Positions 21,680-23,572 of a DNA stretch of 23,572 nucleotides are shown here, piece after piece. The notes beneath the pieces were generated by a model that saw only the letters and a list, made by a program, of their open reading frames with translations, searched no databases and was not told the origin of the DNA. Numbering within the stretch: position 1 is the stretch's first letter; each line of letters opens with the position of its first letter. Position numbers and translations under genes: made by a program. Source of the stretch: Catajapyx aquilonaris (lineage: Eukaryota); NCBI GenBank assembly GCA_000934665.2, contig KZ538293.1, forward strand, positions 62,001 to 85,572, read 5' to 3'.

Positions 21680-22184
21680 TACTACATTCCATTGGCTATT
21701 TTTGAGTTACACAAAAAAATACATCAGTGTATTAGCAATTTTAATCAATAAATTGCCCCAGTGTATAACTAATTTTTAGTAATACAGTAGGCCTATATTA
21801 CCACATTAGATTAACTCATTTTTGGGTAATAAATTACCTCAATTTAATAGATTTCTGTGAGTAATAACTTACCACACAGTCTGTATTAGCCAATTTCAGT
21901 ATAATGTATTAGCTAATTTTTGAGTAATAAATTACGACAGTGCATTACTTACGTTTTGAGCAACAAATTACCTAAATGTAGCGGCTAATTTAATTAATAA
22001 TATTACCTAAATGCAGCAGCTAATTTTATTAATTAATATTACCTAAATGCAGCAGCTAATTTTATTAATAATATTACCTAAATGTAGTGGCTAATTTTAT
22101 TAATAATATTACCTAAATGCAGCAGCTAATTTTATTAATAATATTACCGAATTAACTAATTTGTCAGTAATATTAAATTAATTA

Positions 22185-22532
22185 GGGAAGGTGTAGATGG
22201 CCGAGATGGTAACGTCTCGGCTTGCTGAGTGAAAGGCCCCAGGTTCGATCCCCGCCTGGGGAACTTTCCTTTCACCTGCGTCAGGAGGGTCTCTTACCTG
22301 CACCAAGGAGGTGTCTGGCAACCTAACCTCCTGGGGAACAGCACATGACCCCTTTACCAACATTGCACTTGCACCAATGTTCCCTCCCCAAAAATCCCTA
22401 TCCCTACCATACATCCTTGACTCCTTGCACCGGTGAATGAAGATAATAGGAAAAAATGGAGTGAAATGGTGGTATTCCACCCCCCCCCTAAAAAGGCTCA
22501 GCCTTATCACGGGGTAACGTAAAAAAAATTAA
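22185..22532 (+). mobile_element. tRNA-derived SINE, family C
   Basis: A box TGGCCGAGATGG, B box GGTTCGATCCC, a unique hairpin-rich body, the shared 3' module and an A-tail. 13-bp TSD ATTAAATTAATTA at 22172-22184 and 22533-22545. Confidence 0.85.
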
Positions 22533-22634
22533 ATTAAATTAATTATTAGCCTTCCTCAGTGGATTAGCTAATTTGAGCATATACCGGTATTTTACCTCAT
22601 AATATTAGCTTCAAAGGACAGCGGAAATCAGTCC

Positions 22635-22763
22635 GTTATTATAACCAAGGTCTGTTATAGCCGAATACCCATGATTGTGTGGAAGTATGTTGCGACCGGC
22701 CTTTCGAGTCTCTTATAACCGAAAGTTTGTTATAGCCTAGGCTGTTATATCCGGATTCAGCTG
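22635..22763. mobile_element. One-ended pogo/Tigger-like (Tc1/mariner) MITE fragment
   Basis: Ends GTTATATCCGGATTCAGCTG|TA (TA|CAGCTGAATCCGGATATAAC on the minus strand), with subterminal TTATA(A/G)CC repeats. No matching left TIR. Confidence 0.5.
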
Positions 22764-23572
22764 TATTACCTGATAGTATTGGCTAATTTTTGAGTACAGT
22801 AATATATTACCTGAATGTAATAGGTATTTTAGAGTACAGTAATATATTACCTCAATGTAATAGGTATTTTAGAGTACAGTAATATATTACCTCAATGTAA
22901 TAGGTATTTTTGAGTACAGTAATAAATTATATTACCTGAATGTATTAACTATTTTTGTCAATAATATACTACCTCAATATATTACCTTTTTAAGTACAGG
23001 AATATATTACCTCAATGTATTAGCTATTTAGTACAGTAATATATTACCTCAATGTAATAGCTATTTTTGAGAAATTTATTACCTCAGCGTATTCGCTAAT
23101 TCTGAAGTAATATACGGTATTACTTCACTTCAGGGTATTCGCTCATTGTAGTAATATTGCCTCTGTGTATTAGCTCATTCTTGAGTGATATATTACTGTA
23201 CCTCAGTGTGTTAGCAAGCAGATCACTTTTTGAGTTACGTATATTTTAGAGTGTCATGAATCTAACCGTTTGAAAACTCGCAGCCAAGACAAAGTGGCCT
23301 TATTAAGGCGCCCAGCCTTTCCCGCCTAATATTACAAAGTAATTTATGCCGACTCTGCAAATAGACTTATTACCAAGACGTCAATACTCCTTAACTATCC
23401 TTCCCCCCTCCCCCAACCCGTTCCTTGCAATTACGCATTCAATCCACGGAAATTGCGGCACGCCTTCTGTTTCAGATTAACTCTACGAGGCAGGCCTCAG
23501 CTCCACAAATAACCAAAACTTGGGAGCCAATATGGCGGCCGATCTGGCATCACTAAAATCCATGGTTATATC

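Larger units (their letters stand above)
21105..23240. repeat. Degenerate satellite (~35-40 bp unit) with three inserted mobile elements
   Basis: Consensus near TATTACCTCAATGTATTAGCTAATTTTGAGTAATA. Homogeneous sub-arrays lie at about 21965-22148 (~35 bp) and 22790-23060 (40 bp). Confidence 0.85.

Overview
AT-rich eukaryotic (metazoan, probably arthropod) genomic DNA; no prokaryotic operon or CRISPR array is visible. Only two host genes are well supported. One is the first coding exon of a futsch/MAP1-family gene (17111-17264, minus strand); no second exon is recognisable, so 1-17110 is probably one large intron. The other is an intact tRNA-Ala(AGC) (19130-19202, minus strand). The rest is a patchwork of non-autonomous mobile elements and repeats: nine tRNA-derived SINE copies from four families (several with 10-15 bp TSDs), a TTAA-flanked Kolobok-type MITE, AT-flanked GGCC-ended MITEs, small Helitrons, minisatellites, a ~2.1 kb satellite and two probable decayed KDZ-transposon coding fragments. 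The most notable pattern is that SINEs with unrelated tRNA heads share one 3' tail module whose internal hairpin changes sequence but keeps its pairing, and one family A copy carries a different stem-loop tail. All calls are by eye; no searches were run.
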